A program made the position numbers and the translations under genes. The notes under the pieces were generated by a model, which saw only the letters and a program-made list of their open reading frames with translations, had not been told where the DNA came from and did not search any database. A stretch of 57,675 bases of DNA, the filler included, from Sphacelaria rigidula (lineage: Eukaryota): the NCBI GenBank assembly GCA_964200075.2. It is 8 parts of 8 records of this genome, joined end to end, with 100 filler letters (N's around TTAATTAATTAA, not from the genome) between each part and the next. Parts side by side here need not be neighbours in the genome. Positions count along the whole stretch, not along the records: positions 7,224 to 14,346 come from CAXNAA020016376.1; positions 14,447 to 21,568 come from CAXNAA020016377.1; positions 21,669 to 28,790 come from CAXNAA020016378.1; 5 more parts are not named here. The stretch is one strand, 5' to 3'. Shown here one piece after another: positions 11,507 through 24,170 of the stretch (its first letter is position 1; every line of letters begins with the position of its first letter).

Positions 11507-14500
11507 TACACGGGACATAAAAAACGAAGGACAAAGAAGCGAGAAACAGAAGGGCCTTGATTGGACGGTGCGATACCACTGCCCTCGAGAAAGAATGGCG
11601 GTGGCCCTTTATTATTCATTAATTACGTTGAAATTCTTCGGGCTGTTCAATAAGACTCGTGTCGGCTGTTCGCCACGAAGGCAACATGAACCAGCGGCGC
11701 AACGACTCGACCCTTGCTGTGGTGCACGCCTGTCACACAGCCTTGACTGAGACAGAAGCATACATCAACCTCTAATCTCGCTTTCCTGGGATAGACAATG
11801 GATAGATCGAGCCGCGGCTATTGATCAACTGAGTTCGACGCTTTTGGCTTTGGGGAAACTCTATTCAAAATAGGATGAGACGATTATTTCGGTTTAAACG
11901 GGCGCCTTTATAGCACACCCACAAACGCTCAACGACTTGATCGTGAGCAACTGCTGTTGCACACATGAGGCCGCTCCTCGTACAATACCGAACTGATTGC
12001 CGTGAAACAAACAACTCTGAATACATATGAGCAAGAGCAAGAGCAAGCGCTAGGTGTGATGCGCTTGCCCGGTGTGTGTTTTCTGTGTGTTTGCTCGGAC
12101 TCGGTTGTGTAGGTGTTACGTGTTTCAGTCACGTTTCAGTCACGCTCGCTGAGATTACCAGACCTGTTTCCGTCTGCGTTTAGTGAAGAAAAAAGCACCG
12201 CTCTTCCCCGCAAAATCGGTTTCGTGTTTGCTCGATAGGACCGCAACCGGTCGCTGTGGTCAAGCAAGCAGCTTTGCTCGCTTCTTCATTGGCTTCGTCT
12301 CGAAAGCGCAGGCCCTTGATATCTGGGGCGTAAAATACGAGATATGGATCTTCACATGGCTAGCCCATCTGCACCACAATGCTAACCCCGACCTTGACAC
12401 CAACTATCGACATAAGCACTGCACTACAGTATACTACTGTGCCATACATGATTTTGTGAGACAATCGAATAAAGACCACATCACACGTTCTGTGTATCAT
12501 ATATAAACCGTAATGTGATGATATCTATGTCAAGCCCCAAGCTGCGGATCTTCCTGGGAACATCGCAGAGTTGTTCAGACGGCACCAAAACAGTTCAACG
12601 GTGCAGAGACGCAATCTATTACAACTATTGATCCGTCGGTACTGCTGATGCGGTGCTCTACTGAAGGGTCATTTTGTTCGTAGTATGCGGCAGTACTTTA
12701 GAGTACAGTACAGTGCACACTGCTGTCCTGAACTGTGCCGTACCTGGTTGATAGTGGTACCGTCCACTGTTGACATATGTGCAATTGGCCAGTACAGTTA
12801 TTATAACACCTGTGCAATTGGCCAGAACGGGAGCACTGGAAGCGCGTCACCACATCGACGGTACATACGTGTACAAAGTAGGAGCATTACGTTGTCTAAA
12901 TATCAGAACATTACACGATTGCGGAGAAGCACATCGAGTTGCCTATACCAAGACGAGTCGACAGCATGGGCTGCATACAGCTGTGCTGTGCAGTCCAGCG
13001 TCGCCTAGGCCGGCTAATCATGAACCACGGGTATCCTACCCACCTGCGGAGAACACCTCACCTGCCAACTGTTGGCGACCACCGCTCCAGAGCAGGCAAT
13101 CATGATCACACACCCAGCTCCGTATCCTTGCTTTGCTCATTACAGAAACTCCAACAACACCGACAACAAGACCGGCTGTGTAAGTATGCCGAGCTGATCT
13201 TATATCTCCGTCTTGTGGCCAAGCGGTATCTCCCACTGGAGGCAGTACAGAGCATGCGCCGTGCGGCAGACCCTAAGTCACGACTATCTTATGTGCAGTT
13301 AGCTGTCGTTCAGCGTATACCAGCTTGATGCGCTCGAACCTCCAAACAAGCAAGAACCAGATATTTCACGCAATTTAGCTTTCTATCGACTGCAGCTATG
13401 TCACTAGCAACTGTCTTATGCTCCCTGCAATGCTCCTACGCGGGACAGCCGTATCACCACTGTCGATGGGACTTAGACATTTTGACTTTGACAAAATCTC
13501 AATAAGTCAGACCCGCGATCGTGAAAAATTGAGATTCATTGGTGACCTTTGGTGAGGAGGGTGTCTATGTTACGGGCAGCTGCGGGTGATGCTTTGCTAC
13601 ACTGGAATAGATATAAATTGCATATGAGAATCCCAACAGGAAAAAAATAGAAAAACATACAAGAAGGAGAAAAATAATGTTCGAGATACAAATGTAGAAC
13701 ATGACCGTCGTCCCGGAGAAGTTGACCAACGAGTACATGACGCATATATATATCAAATTGCGCGCGGGAGGAAAACGACAACAATGACACCCCATCAACC
13801 AACTGCGTTCCTTTGCCCCCCCCCCCCCCCCCCCCCCCCCCACCGGGGGCGGCGCCCTTCCCCTCTTTTCCTGTGTTTTTTTTTGGGTGCGGCCCCCTTT
13901 TTTTTTTGTATTTTTTCTCCTGCCCTATGGAGTGGAGGCGCCTTTACCGTTTTGTCGTAGTTATTATACTGTGTGCAGACTACTGTTTGTATTAGAATAT
14001 GATCATGAGTTATGATGCAAATGGAAGATAATAAATTTGTATTCAGGGTTTCAGGCGCGGAAGATGGTCCTGATTGTAAGGTGACAATATCCAAGCGACG
14101 GTGGCTCACCCGGAGCAAGCGCCGACGCGCCTGTCTTCGACTGTGGCCATCGAGGGAAACATGTCACAAAAGTACTCATATATTTCAGGCCCAATGTAGA
14201 CAGTATAAAGGCATGGTCATGCAGCAAGATATCTTGGCAGTACGCAATCTACAGCTGTACTACCGAACGGCAGTACGAGCTGGGCCAGCCTAAAAACGGA
14301 TTTAAGCTCTAAAAGCAATATCTCATCGACACAGACGAGTTGGGCCNNNNNNNNNNNNNNNNNNNNNNNNNNNNNNNNNNNNNNNNNNNNTTAATTAATT
14401 AANNNNNNNNNNNNNNNNNNNNNNNNNNNNNNNNNNNNNNNNNNNNGCGAGGTCAATGGTCTGATGACTATGGCATGCATGATCATGAGTACACCCCCAC

Positions 14501-14990
14501 CCACCGCCAGCGCTGGAGCGTCTCGCGCTTGGTCGGCCCCGACTCGAAGCCGCCGAGATCCGTGAATCTTGAAAGCTGTATATCCCCCTAAAGTTGCCGA
14601 TTAAGGTCGATTTTTGTCGTCGATCTCAGACGAAGTCGGATATTTGTGGGGAACTTTCAAAACGTTGAGCGTGTGGGTGTCCATGTTACAGAGTATACAA
14701 ACAGCGAGTATGTTTTTCAGGGACTGCGGGATATGAAAGGGTACTTGTGTGTCAATGTGTCTCGCGAACGATCTGACTGAATTGTTGAGAATCAACAGCC
14801 ACACACAGTGTTGTGAGACACACACGTGGTAACTTACCCAGCTCGATCATGGAATCATGCTCGCATTTTTGTCGCTGTTTCTCCACTTGAGTGTATCTTG
14901 CCGTTGAGTTTCACCACGTTTCGACTCTTGTTTTATGCGTTTGACTGGAGAATCTCTTGTGTCCGTGGCCCTCAACTTCGCTTGGACTAG

Positions 14991-16680
14991 ATCTGGGAGT
15001 GTTCGGGAAATCGATCGTGGACGGGCAGAGCGGTCCCGGCGGAGACTTGGTGCTTGTGGGTACGTTTTTCGTTGTGGTTCTGGTGGGAACCTTCGCTTCC
15101 CAGGTGAGCAGAAAACTGGTTCTTGGTGATATCTTTGCTCTGGTCGGTCATGCGGGAACTGGTTCCGTTCCGCAGCTTGCATATTTTAAACTTACCTCCT
15201 CGCACTTGGTGCGTGATCTGATGCATTCGAGGAACGTTCACGTCACGAGTGAGCAGATGGCTGAAGCAAGGAGCATTTTGCTCCTTAGTTTATGCGAGGA
15301 GGTATTGCTTTCCTACTGAGTCCTTAATTCTTCGATTGTGGGAAGCTCTCGTGGATCTTAATTTAGGGTCTCCGCGGTGAGCGACGAAACCTCTGTTGTC
15401 ATGGCAGACTAGAGTGAAATCGTTCGTTTTTACAGGGTCGACGTCCGCATTGATCTTGAATCAGGCCCCTTACGGGGACCTTGTCACTTTTTCACGGAAG
15501 CACAATCAGTCATGATAACGAAAATTTCGTCCCAGGCGAGACTCGGGCAGTTCCAGAACTGCAGTCCCTACATCACTTGTCAACGATCGCGTCCCCAAGA
15601 ACATCCGCTTTTGGTTTACCCGAAGAGTACTGGCATACCCCGTCCAATGCATGGCGCCACGTTCCAAAAGAACCCCATACCACTAGCCGAGGGCACCAAA
15701 GTATAGGCAACAGCAACATGGAGAGGTATGGATAGCCGGCTGAAATAAGCATATCCCTCAGATGTTAGTTTCCGATGCTGCACGAGCCAAGTGGTGCCTC
15801 TTTAGTTGCATACTTTTATATTAATCGTGAACCAGTGCGTGTCATCCACATTCAAATATTTATTTGCGGCGCATGATGTTTCGCTACACCCAGGTAGCCA
15901 CCCGTACTTGGGACGAGCTGAGCGCAGAGGCACAGGGGTCGACAGCGGTGTCGACGGGTTCGAGCACAAATGGTGATGAGGCTGGCGATGGCTTGGAGTG
16001 GCTAGATCTGTGGGGTGTGGAGAGATCGTCGGTGCCAGAATGGCTGCGATCTTGGCAAGAAGAAGACCAAGCCGTCAAGATCAAAATCAGAAAGGTGCGT
16101 TGCCATCGTGGCGAAGCATCGGTGGGAGAGGAAGGTATCATGCCGCAGTGGTAGGCGAGGCAACACCACACATATCTGCTACTTACGACAGATCCATTTT
16201 GTGCCGAAGATTGCAACCTGCCCGCCCCACGCTCCTCCCCTGCTCCTACTACCGAGGACACATGGTCAATCGACTACCTTTTTTCTGCTCCCATTCCTGG
16301 ATAGATTGTGCGGCCTACAAACCTTACGTTATGACCGTACCACCTCTATTCTACTCCGTGTAACCCAGGTCATTCAGGAAGAATGGGACTACATGAATCG
16401 TAGAGCAGAAGCCCTCGAAATGGAAGGATCGGGGGAAAGTGCAGCCAGCCTACCCGAGGACCCGGAATTACCGCCCCCGGGGCCGCCACAGCTTAGCGCG
16501 GAGGGGCAAATGTTTGACGTCGGCGGATATATTAGGGAAAGCTCCGCGTTTCCGTTTCTTCTTATTGAATCGTTTTGGAAGTACAGTAATCCGAGACTCG
16601 AGGAGGGAACACAAAAAGAGGCGGCGGCGGCAGTGGAGGGGAGAGCGGCGGAGGTTGTCAACGAAACCACCGGAAGATGA
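14991..16680 (+). CDS. 3' exons (14991-15103, 15894-16094, 16369-16680) of a probable VTT/TVP38/TMEM64-type (SNARE-associated Golgi family) membrane protein
   Basis: AG/GT sites with matching phases; spliced text LGVFGKSIVDG...DLVLVGTFFVVVLVGTFASQ|VATRTWDEL...|VIQEEWDY...FDVGGYIRES...FWKYSNP...stop; family assigned from recalled similarity to stramenopile VTT C-termini, not from a search. Confidence 0.65.
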
Positions 16681-18777
16681 CATACTGTAATCGAAATGGA
16701 ACATGGTTGAGTGACGAGAAACGCTTTTCTTTAATTTCCATGCACCACGCTGAAGTCCCCATCTGACTGTGGATCCAGTCAAGCGCAGTAACGATCAAAC
16801 GTGGGAACTTGGGATTGACCTGAATGCCGACCAATATTTGGCGGTTCTCATTTACGTCGAAAAAGTCGTATGTTCAACCGCATGACCTGCGCATCTCAAC
16901 ATTCTCCAGGATATATTCCCAAACACGCACTTGAGGCTATCAGATACACACTTTTTTCAGAATCGCTCGGAGCGTCCACCCAACCGATGACTCGGACCCC
17001 ACTCACCACCTTCGTCTTGCTAAATATGTTTTCTACAGGAGATATATAAAGGGTACTCGGAGAACCGTCACAAATGCCCATTCGACTACGCCAATGTGGG
17101 TGGGCATCTCATGCAGCGCCTCTCAATTGCCGTACGTATCACGGTCATCTACTAGTATCTAGCACTGCTGCGTAGGGTTTTTCACTGCAACGCTCCTATT
17201 GAAGCCCGTCACGAGTGCATGGAACTGACTCTACACTCTACATAATGGTCCATATACAGATGTGTGAACACGTATCTTATTCAAAACAGCAACGTGTATT
17301 AGTACCTAAAACTGCCATACAATGTACCACCAGAAGGAGACTGTGACTACCGCGCTGCCGCAAAAATCCGATGGTGACGGTCGGAAGATCCCATGCCCAA
17401 TATTCACCTGTTTCGTTTGCAGTGCATGGCAAACTCGATACCCTACCCTTGCTAGTGAATGTCCATGTGCATACCACGTGCCGCTGATACTTTTTCACAC
17501 CACAAAACACCCTGCGCTCCAGAGACCAACGTATGATTTCCCTTGTGGAACAGTTGATTAGCTCAACTGCAGGCCGCCCAGAAATTCTTGCGGTGGTATA
17601 CGGCCGCGTGGGACACGCACTTGGAATGTTCCCTACACCGTGAGCTCGTCCCTATCGCCAACCCCAATGCGTTATGAACCGTTAATGAGCTCGCCGGCGA
17701 CGGGAAAGGCCAAGGGAAGCTAAAGCTGCGACAAACGATGGCAGGCCTTCCGCAGGAACCTTCGGTGCGTGCAGTCTCGCTGACGTTTCAAATGCGAAGA
17801 TTTTAGTGAGCCACTGATCCTGCCTCCCCACCGCGGGCCCCCTCATTCTCGAGGTGCGGCTGTCAAGTGATTTCAGGATGAACCGCAAGCAGCAGGAGGA
17901 ATCACGGTATCTGGTCGACGCCCCGCCCGCCCTCCTTGTCGTTGTTTTCCTTGTCCATGGATGCTGCAAGCTTTGCCGCTGGAAACATCACGTGCCCCCT
18001 GCGTGTCAGACGCAGGAATCATCAGCAGTCGCAACAAAGAAATAAAACTGAAAATTGTTGGATCGTGTGCGTGCGAGTATGCACGGAAACGATGCCGAGC
18101 TTCAGATGACTAAACCGATTCGCCCTTTCAAAGAGCTTCCGTGTCGACCTTCTAGGAATCCCGAGTATGCCATGTTTCGAAAATGCAACGTCACTCGGTA
18201 TCACACGATATATATTCCGCAGTATCCGACAACTCTACGCCGGTGCGAAGATGGTTTTCCGGCTTCTTGCACTCCGGCTGAACGTCTGTGGGGCAGGTAC
18301 TGGTAACATCTGGAGGATCGATTTTGAACGCCGATTCCTTGCAATACAGCGCCTGTGGCAATCAAGCGCCAGCCTCAAGTGTAGACTATCATCAGGGTAC
18401 GATCCCCACGACTTATTGCAGTCGTCGGCCGCGATTAGTCTCTCGGGCTCCCACCCGGTCTGGGATGTGAGTACATCTGTATCTCGGAAATTCACCTGGG
18501 TTGCCCATCTGCGATACTAGTCTGGAATGTCCACCCGCAATGCCCATGGGGGATATCAGATCCATTCGTTTGAGATGTCTATTAAACCTGGGATGTCCCA
18601 GAGGGACGCCCACCTGAGATTTGAATTTTCACCTGGATCATCTACTATTATCCCAAAGATGATCGAGAACTAATTGGTAAAGAAACGTCGACGTTGGCTT
18701 ACACCCCACTGGTAGCGTTATCGATCGCGCTTCTCACAGCAGCACACAAGTAAACACTTGGAGCCAAGTATTTCCAC

Positions 18778-19224
18778 TCACTTGCGCATCTTGACATTCA
18801 GGGATGGTTCTTGGTATGAAAGGGGCCGAGATACGGCTCGACGTGGGCGCTCGCTCCGCTGTCGCGACTTCCCTGTGGGTACAGAGGCGATCGTTGACCT
18901 TGCAGGTACCGAGGTGGAAGATGGCTGAGCTCGCGCAGTGACGCGTTGGCTTGAAGCTTTCTCGCTCTGGACGGACGGTCCTTGCTCTTGAGCAGGGTCT
19001 CCGTGGCCTGAAACAGAAGCGATTTCTCTCAGATCGCTCGACTTCTGGCTTGTGCCTCTTGTGTCACGCGGGGGAGGAAGGCTTAGGTGGGGTGGAGAGA
19101 TGGGTGGAGACACACCCCGAAGAGCGAGAAGAGGTGAAGCTGTGCCGGGAGGCTGTGGGGCGGAGGTCCTCGGGGGTACTTTCGCGGAGGGTGGGGTCGC
19201 GGGATTTTCCGTTTCCGTTGAACA
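18778..19224 (-). CDS. SGO1: Terminal exon of a shugoshin-like protein (C-terminal SGO basic motif)
   Basis: Open frame from a TAG acceptor candidate at 19225-19227 to TGA; Pro/Ser-rich region ending RPRRAVSRPLSYQEPSLNVKMRK*, matching the SGO consensus RR...vsYkEPsLxxKmRr. Confidence 0.7.
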   Translation of the reverse strand, partial: CSTETENPATPPSAKVPPRTSAPQPPGTASPLLALRGVSPPISPPHLSLPPPRDTRGTSQKSSDLREIASVSGHGDPAQEQGPSVQSEKASSQRVTARAQPSSTSVPARSTIASVPTGKSRQRSERPRRAVSRPLSYQEPSLNVKMRK

Positions 19225-20025
19225 CTACCGTTATGAACCCACATAATGGGGAGGGAAGCCACGAGCGCGCGCGCGGGATGCGGGGGCGGTTATTGTGTAG
19301 ATGATGACAGAATGACGTTGTCAGGTTCGCTCTGGCGTTGTTTTTTTCATCAACTTGACCGAGCCACAGCAAGGGGAGCAGGCCGTCCTCTCTGTTGGGA
19401 GTATTGCACGATTTGTCAGATCAACGGTGGTGTTGGAAGGCTAGTGTTGTGTGCTACTGTTTCGCTACGCAGACTTGCAGAGGGTGCAGAGCGGTCGTGA
19501 AGCACACTTGCGTCTCCCAGCAGAAAACAAAAGTCAGATGACGCTCACGGGAGCTTTGTCGCCAAAGCAGAGTCAAATACAGTCCCTTCTCAAAGCAGAG
19601 GACTGAAGAAGGGAGAAAGGGGTGATGGAACGGAGTTCGTCAAATCCCAGCTCTTACAGCATGCCGACTGCAGGCTACGTATCTACAGTATCCTAATGTA
19701 TCAAGCCATAAGGTTCGTTCCGCTTCGCTTTCTACTTAATGTTCAGTGTATAGGACGTTGCCCAATAGTCAAAGGTCCTATGCAATCCAAAAAAAGATAC
19801 ATAATCTAACGTCTCCATGGTTTATGATTTCGTTGAACCGTCACAGGCATGCACCACATTTTGTTATGAAGTCGAAATCGAACGCAAATATGCAGACTCA
19901 TGTGTTTTTTGGACTTCTCTCAGGTAGGGGTTCCGGTTTCATGACAAACTGGCCGTAGTATGTAGCGGTAGATTTGCATGGAACTTTACATTTTCCTGGT
20001 ACGCGCACGAGCGCGATCTCAGTGA

Positions 20026-20440
20026 AGAGTCATTCAACGATAGGGGGGGGGGGGGGGGGGGGTATTTTGGGCCACTTTTTGCACAAAATTCTCAGGCAAA
20101 TCGTCATTGACAGCAGCCAGGGTTGTTCGAACGAGCTTGTTTTAGATAGGTAACGCTCATTCATACTGCTTGATACCATTTTTAATCATATACAAGCGCA
20201 CCGCGAGTTTGGCAGGTTGTCTGATACAGCTATGAGCCTTTTTTTTCGTGTAGTCATATCCCCCCCCCCCCCCCCCCCCCCCCCGCCACTTCCCAGCAAC
20301 ACAAAGAGAACGCCAACACAACGGATCGGTACGGTTAAGCTCCCCGCCCCCCCTCGCNNNNNNNNNNTGTCGGATAAAGCTGTGAGCTTTTTTTTTCGTG
20401 TGGTCATACCCCCCCCCCCCCCCTATGGTAGGATGACTCT
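20026..20440. mobile_element. MITE with G-run/C-run TIRs and an internal direct repeat
   Basis: AGAGTCATTCAACGATAG(G)n vs (C)nTATGGTAGGATGACTCT; internal repeat 20218-20280 / 20368-20420. Confidence 0.6.
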
Positions 20441-20982
20441 GAAACAGACGATAAGGCCCAATCTTGACTGTGGTGGCTACCATTACACCACGCCATCTTA
20501 GTTCGCTTTGCATTACTCGTACCGTGCAATGCTCCGGAGGTAGTCCTACAATAGAGGGAGGGAGGTGTGGTAGATTGCATAGACAGAAATTCACGCTTCT
20601 GTGTGCTTGCACAACCCAACACCTTGGTCATTGACTCCTATGTGTCTGGGTGAAATCGTTGTTGACCGGTCTGGGTACGTGTGTGCTATGCGGATAGCGG
20701 CGGGTTTCAAATGTAATTCGCTGCCTGCGTCGTCGTTGAAAATGTTTCTTCGGGCACGAAGTCAGTGGGTCATAACACTCCTCTCCTCCCCCCCATTGCA
20801 GGATTATGAGTACATCCCATTGCAGGATCAGCCAAAGCGAACGATAGTCGGAGCCTGCATGAGTCACTACGGTATTTTATTCACCTATCGAGTGTCCTTT
20901 CTCGAAAAGTAGAACCCAACTCCCCACGGATCATGACGGCTTGCAAACGCGGTTGCAATAACCCCCCCTACCCCCCCCCCGA

Positions 20983-21505
20983 TAAAGAAGAAATATATTT
21001 ACCAGTCGTCGAAAGGAGGAGGAAGTAGATGCACAGAACTGCCCCCGTAGCAAAGCAATAGAGAGCAGAAGTCATACACTGGCAGAATGTGAGCTATTAT
21101 ACAAGGAGGAACGGGACGTTATGGGGGGGGGGGGGCGTACTCATTTGTTGCTTGCCTTAGTCGTGTGACCATTGACCACGCATCCCTTTCGAGACGGAGA
21201 CGTGATAGGGGGGGAAATACGGGACGTGAACGAAGGTGGCATGGAATCGCTTGACGCATTAGACAGTAGCGAAAAAACGATGGTTACACTAGGAGATAGA
21301 TGGTGGCCACAGACGGCGAAACACGACGGGGATAATATATGTAAATGGATCTTGTGTAATGTATGGAAGAAACGTAATGAGCGCCTGAACGATGGGGGTG
21401 TCTCTATTAGGAGTAGGAACGGTGCTCCGTCTCGAAAGGAATGCGTGGTAAACGGTCGAATGACTAAGGCAAACAACAAATGAATATGCCCCCCCCCACC
21501 CCCCC
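20983..21505 (+). mobile_element. LINE 3' fragment (ORF2 C-terminus with degenerate CCHC) ending in poly(C); interrupted by an inverted copy at 21123-21199
   Basis: Encodes EEVDAQNC...ECELY/ERDV...LGDRWWPQTAK...GGVSIRSRNGAPSRKECVVNGRMTKANNK*, then ATATG-C-run. Confidence 0.85.
21123..21199 (-). mobile_element. Short 5'-truncated copy of the same LINE inserted in opposite orientation
   Basis: G-run plus CGTACTCATTTGTTGCTTGCCTTAG...GAGACGGAG; flanking duplication GACGTTAT(G)n / GACGTGATA(G)n. Confidence 0.75.
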
Positions 21506-21668
21506 ACACCGAGACCCGTAACCCCCCGAGAAGAAAACGAAACAGAGAGAATACAGATATAAGCGCAANNNNNNNNNNNNNNNNNNNNNNNNNNNNNNNN
21601 NNNNNNNNNNNNTTAATTAATTAANNNNNNNNNNNNNNNNNNNNNNNNNNNNNNNNNNNNNNNNNNNN

Positions 21669-22468
21669 GCTTGCCTTAGTCGTGTGACCATTGACCACGC
21701 ATGCCTTTCGAGACGGAGCACCGTTCCTACTCCCAATAGAGACACCTTCAACATTCCGGCGCTCATTACGTTTCTTCCATGGCTCATTCAGTTTTTCCCA
21801 TACATAGCACAAAAACCTTTTACATATCTTATCCCCGTCCTGTTTCGCCGTCTCTGGCCACTATCTATCTCCTAGTACAGCCATCATTTCTCACTACTGT
21901 CTAATGCATCAAACGATTTCATGCCACCCTCGTTCACGTCCCGCATTTCCCCCTCTAGCACGTCCCCTTCCTTCCTCCTTGTATAGTTCACATTCTGCCA
22001 CTACATGACTTCTGCTCTCTACTCCTTTGCTACAGAGCAGTTCTGTCTATCTACTTCCTCCTCCTTCCGACGACTGGTATATCTCTTTCTTCTTTTTGGC
22101 AGGTCCAGGTCCCCCACCCGAAATCGCACTTGTGGCACATTCTGTCATATTTTTCACCATTCTCCACATCTTTTCTCTGATCCCAGTTTTCTACAACATC
22201 TTCCACAACCCATTTCTCCGTACTGTGTCATAAGCCTGTTGCATGTCCAGAAAGAAACAGTACGTTGTCAGCCCGGTGTCTTTCCTACCCTGAAAACACT
22301 TACCTAGTGTGCACACATGGTCTACGCAACTACGGTTTGGTCGAAATCCTGCTTGCCCCTCGCTGAGTCTCTTTTTCTTTTCTAGCTTCGTTCCTACTAC
22401 ATCGGTCAGAATCTTACAGAATGTTTTCCCTACCGTGCTCAGTAGTAGCGCTATCCCTCTACAATTCC
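21669..22468 (-). mobile_element. LINE 3' portion, same family
   Basis: Reverse complement of the ORF2 C-terminus (...GVSIGSRNGAPSRKACVVNGHTTKAS); 3' tip cut off by the scaffold end. Confidence 0.85.
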
Positions 22469-23731
22469 CTGGATCGGCGGGCGGGGGGGAGGGGGGGGTA
22501 AGTCAGCTGCACGTGGTGCGTCTCTGATCGTATCTTGAATTGAGCATTTCCCCCTGAATTATCCCGAGACTCCTACGAGCATCCTCCCCAAGAAATCTGT
22601 CCGAGGGACAGTCAGCTGACGACGTTGTGTCGAGAGTGAAATTCGCTTCCGAGTTGAAAATTGCCGAATAACATCATCCAGCCATCTTACACTAGTGTTG
22701 TCCATCGAACCGAAATTTTCGATACGTATCAACGTGTTTTCGAAAATCGGTATCACGGAGGATGGCGAGAGTATTATTGCAGTCGAGAATTGGATATTAG
22801 TGTCAAGAGTTGTGCAGAAGTGTATCATGTTTGCATTGACTACGAGTATCAACAATGTGCTGGTGTTTCTGAGTGCATAATGTGTTCGTCGTTTGAAGTA
22901 CAACAATGTTTTGGTCAGATAAAGAGTCTAGCGTTGATTGAGAGTGAGCATTATAATTCGTTCAATCTTGACCAATTTTTCATTGTGCATGTGGTATCCT
23001 TTTGCCTGTACACTATCGTGTGCTTATTGCACGGCTACACGTCGATGCCCTACTCAGGGATATCGAAGGATTTCGTGGCAAGCTACTACGGAAAGCGTAT
23101 CGGGCGTCGTATACGGCCCTGATGGGCATTTCGGAACTGAAACTGTGTTATTAATGAATTGACCTCTTCTTATTCTCAACCGTATTCTAGGCTCTCACGA
23201 AAACAGTGTTGTACGTGGACGCCACAGCGTACCTTCGGGCATATTTTCATCTCTTATCCGCACAATGGCACGATGCATCGTAGATTCTGCAGCTGCGAGC
23301 AGTCAACAAATCTGAAAGTAGAAACTAGGACACCTGACGTGAAGGTTCTCATCCAAGAACTGCCTCCCCATTGCGTTATTCAGAAGCTAAAATAGCAGTG
23401 TGATGTGCGATGTGTTTCCTTATATTTTTCCAACAAACAGTTGGGTCAAGAATAGGCCGACCACCACTGCTGAGTTCAAGTGGTTCTAAGGGGGCCGCGT
23501 TCAATAAGAAATTAGACCGAAATGAGGCAAAATTACTGCATTATTTCCTGTCTCCAGCGGGGCCGCCTCGCCAGCCAGGGGGGGCGATGGGGGCTCGCAC
23601 AGCGAGCTCCTTCGCATTTGCTCGATCGCTCACTGTGAGCTCGCCCTGCTCGCTGCGGTTGCCACAATCTCATCAAAATCAAAATTGACATCGATGGCTT
23701 CGCGGCCGTATCGTATCGAATTGGATTGTTG

Positions 23732-24170
23732 CAAAGGGTTGTGTTCCGTCGGGTACGGTTTTCTGTATTCCCGGAGTATTCTCCCAGGTATTTACCGTAC
23801 CCGACAGTTCTGTGACTTCTGCCAGACTTTCATACCGGTACCCGACAGTTCTGTAAACTCTGCAAGACTTTGATACTCAATACTCCTTATCCGATAGTTC
23901 TGTTAGTTTTGAGTTCTGTGAGCCTCCCGTGCGGTTACAGGGGGGCACGGGTGTGCTCTTGATGAGATACCCGGTTGCGGGTACGGTTTTCTGTGCAACC
24001 TCCATACCCTACCTGATAGTTTCTGTGAGTTCTGTAAGCCCCTCATACCATACCCGACAAATCCTGTAATTTCTGTGAGACTTCCATACCGCTACGCAAT
24101 ATTTCCGTAACTTCTGTAAGGAACCTAATACCCTACAGAACATACCCGTACCCTGCAGAACACAACCTTG
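23732..24170. mobile_element. hAT-type MITE with AGTTCTGT/TACCCG subterminal repeats
   Basis: TIR CAAAGGGTTGTGTTC / GAACACAACCTTG; 8-bp TSD GATTGTTG/GATTATTG. Confidence 0.85.

Noticed and set aside
14463-14490. 25-nt motif shared with 28893-28918 as a regulatory element
   Set aside because: Both copies are at scaffold starts; most likely the end of a collapsed repeat
15104-15319. Read-through extension of ORF 14957..15319
   Set aside because: A strong GTGAGC donor at 15104 splices in phase to 15894 and gives a more coherent protein
17900-18000. Minus-strand KEN-box peptide (MDKENND) as part of shugoshin
   Set aside because: Downstream of the SGO stop, in a short closed frame; likely chance
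22478-23400. Second poly(C)-tailed LINE or viral remnant
   Set aside because: A G-run is present but no recognisable RT, endonuclease or viral motif appears on either strand
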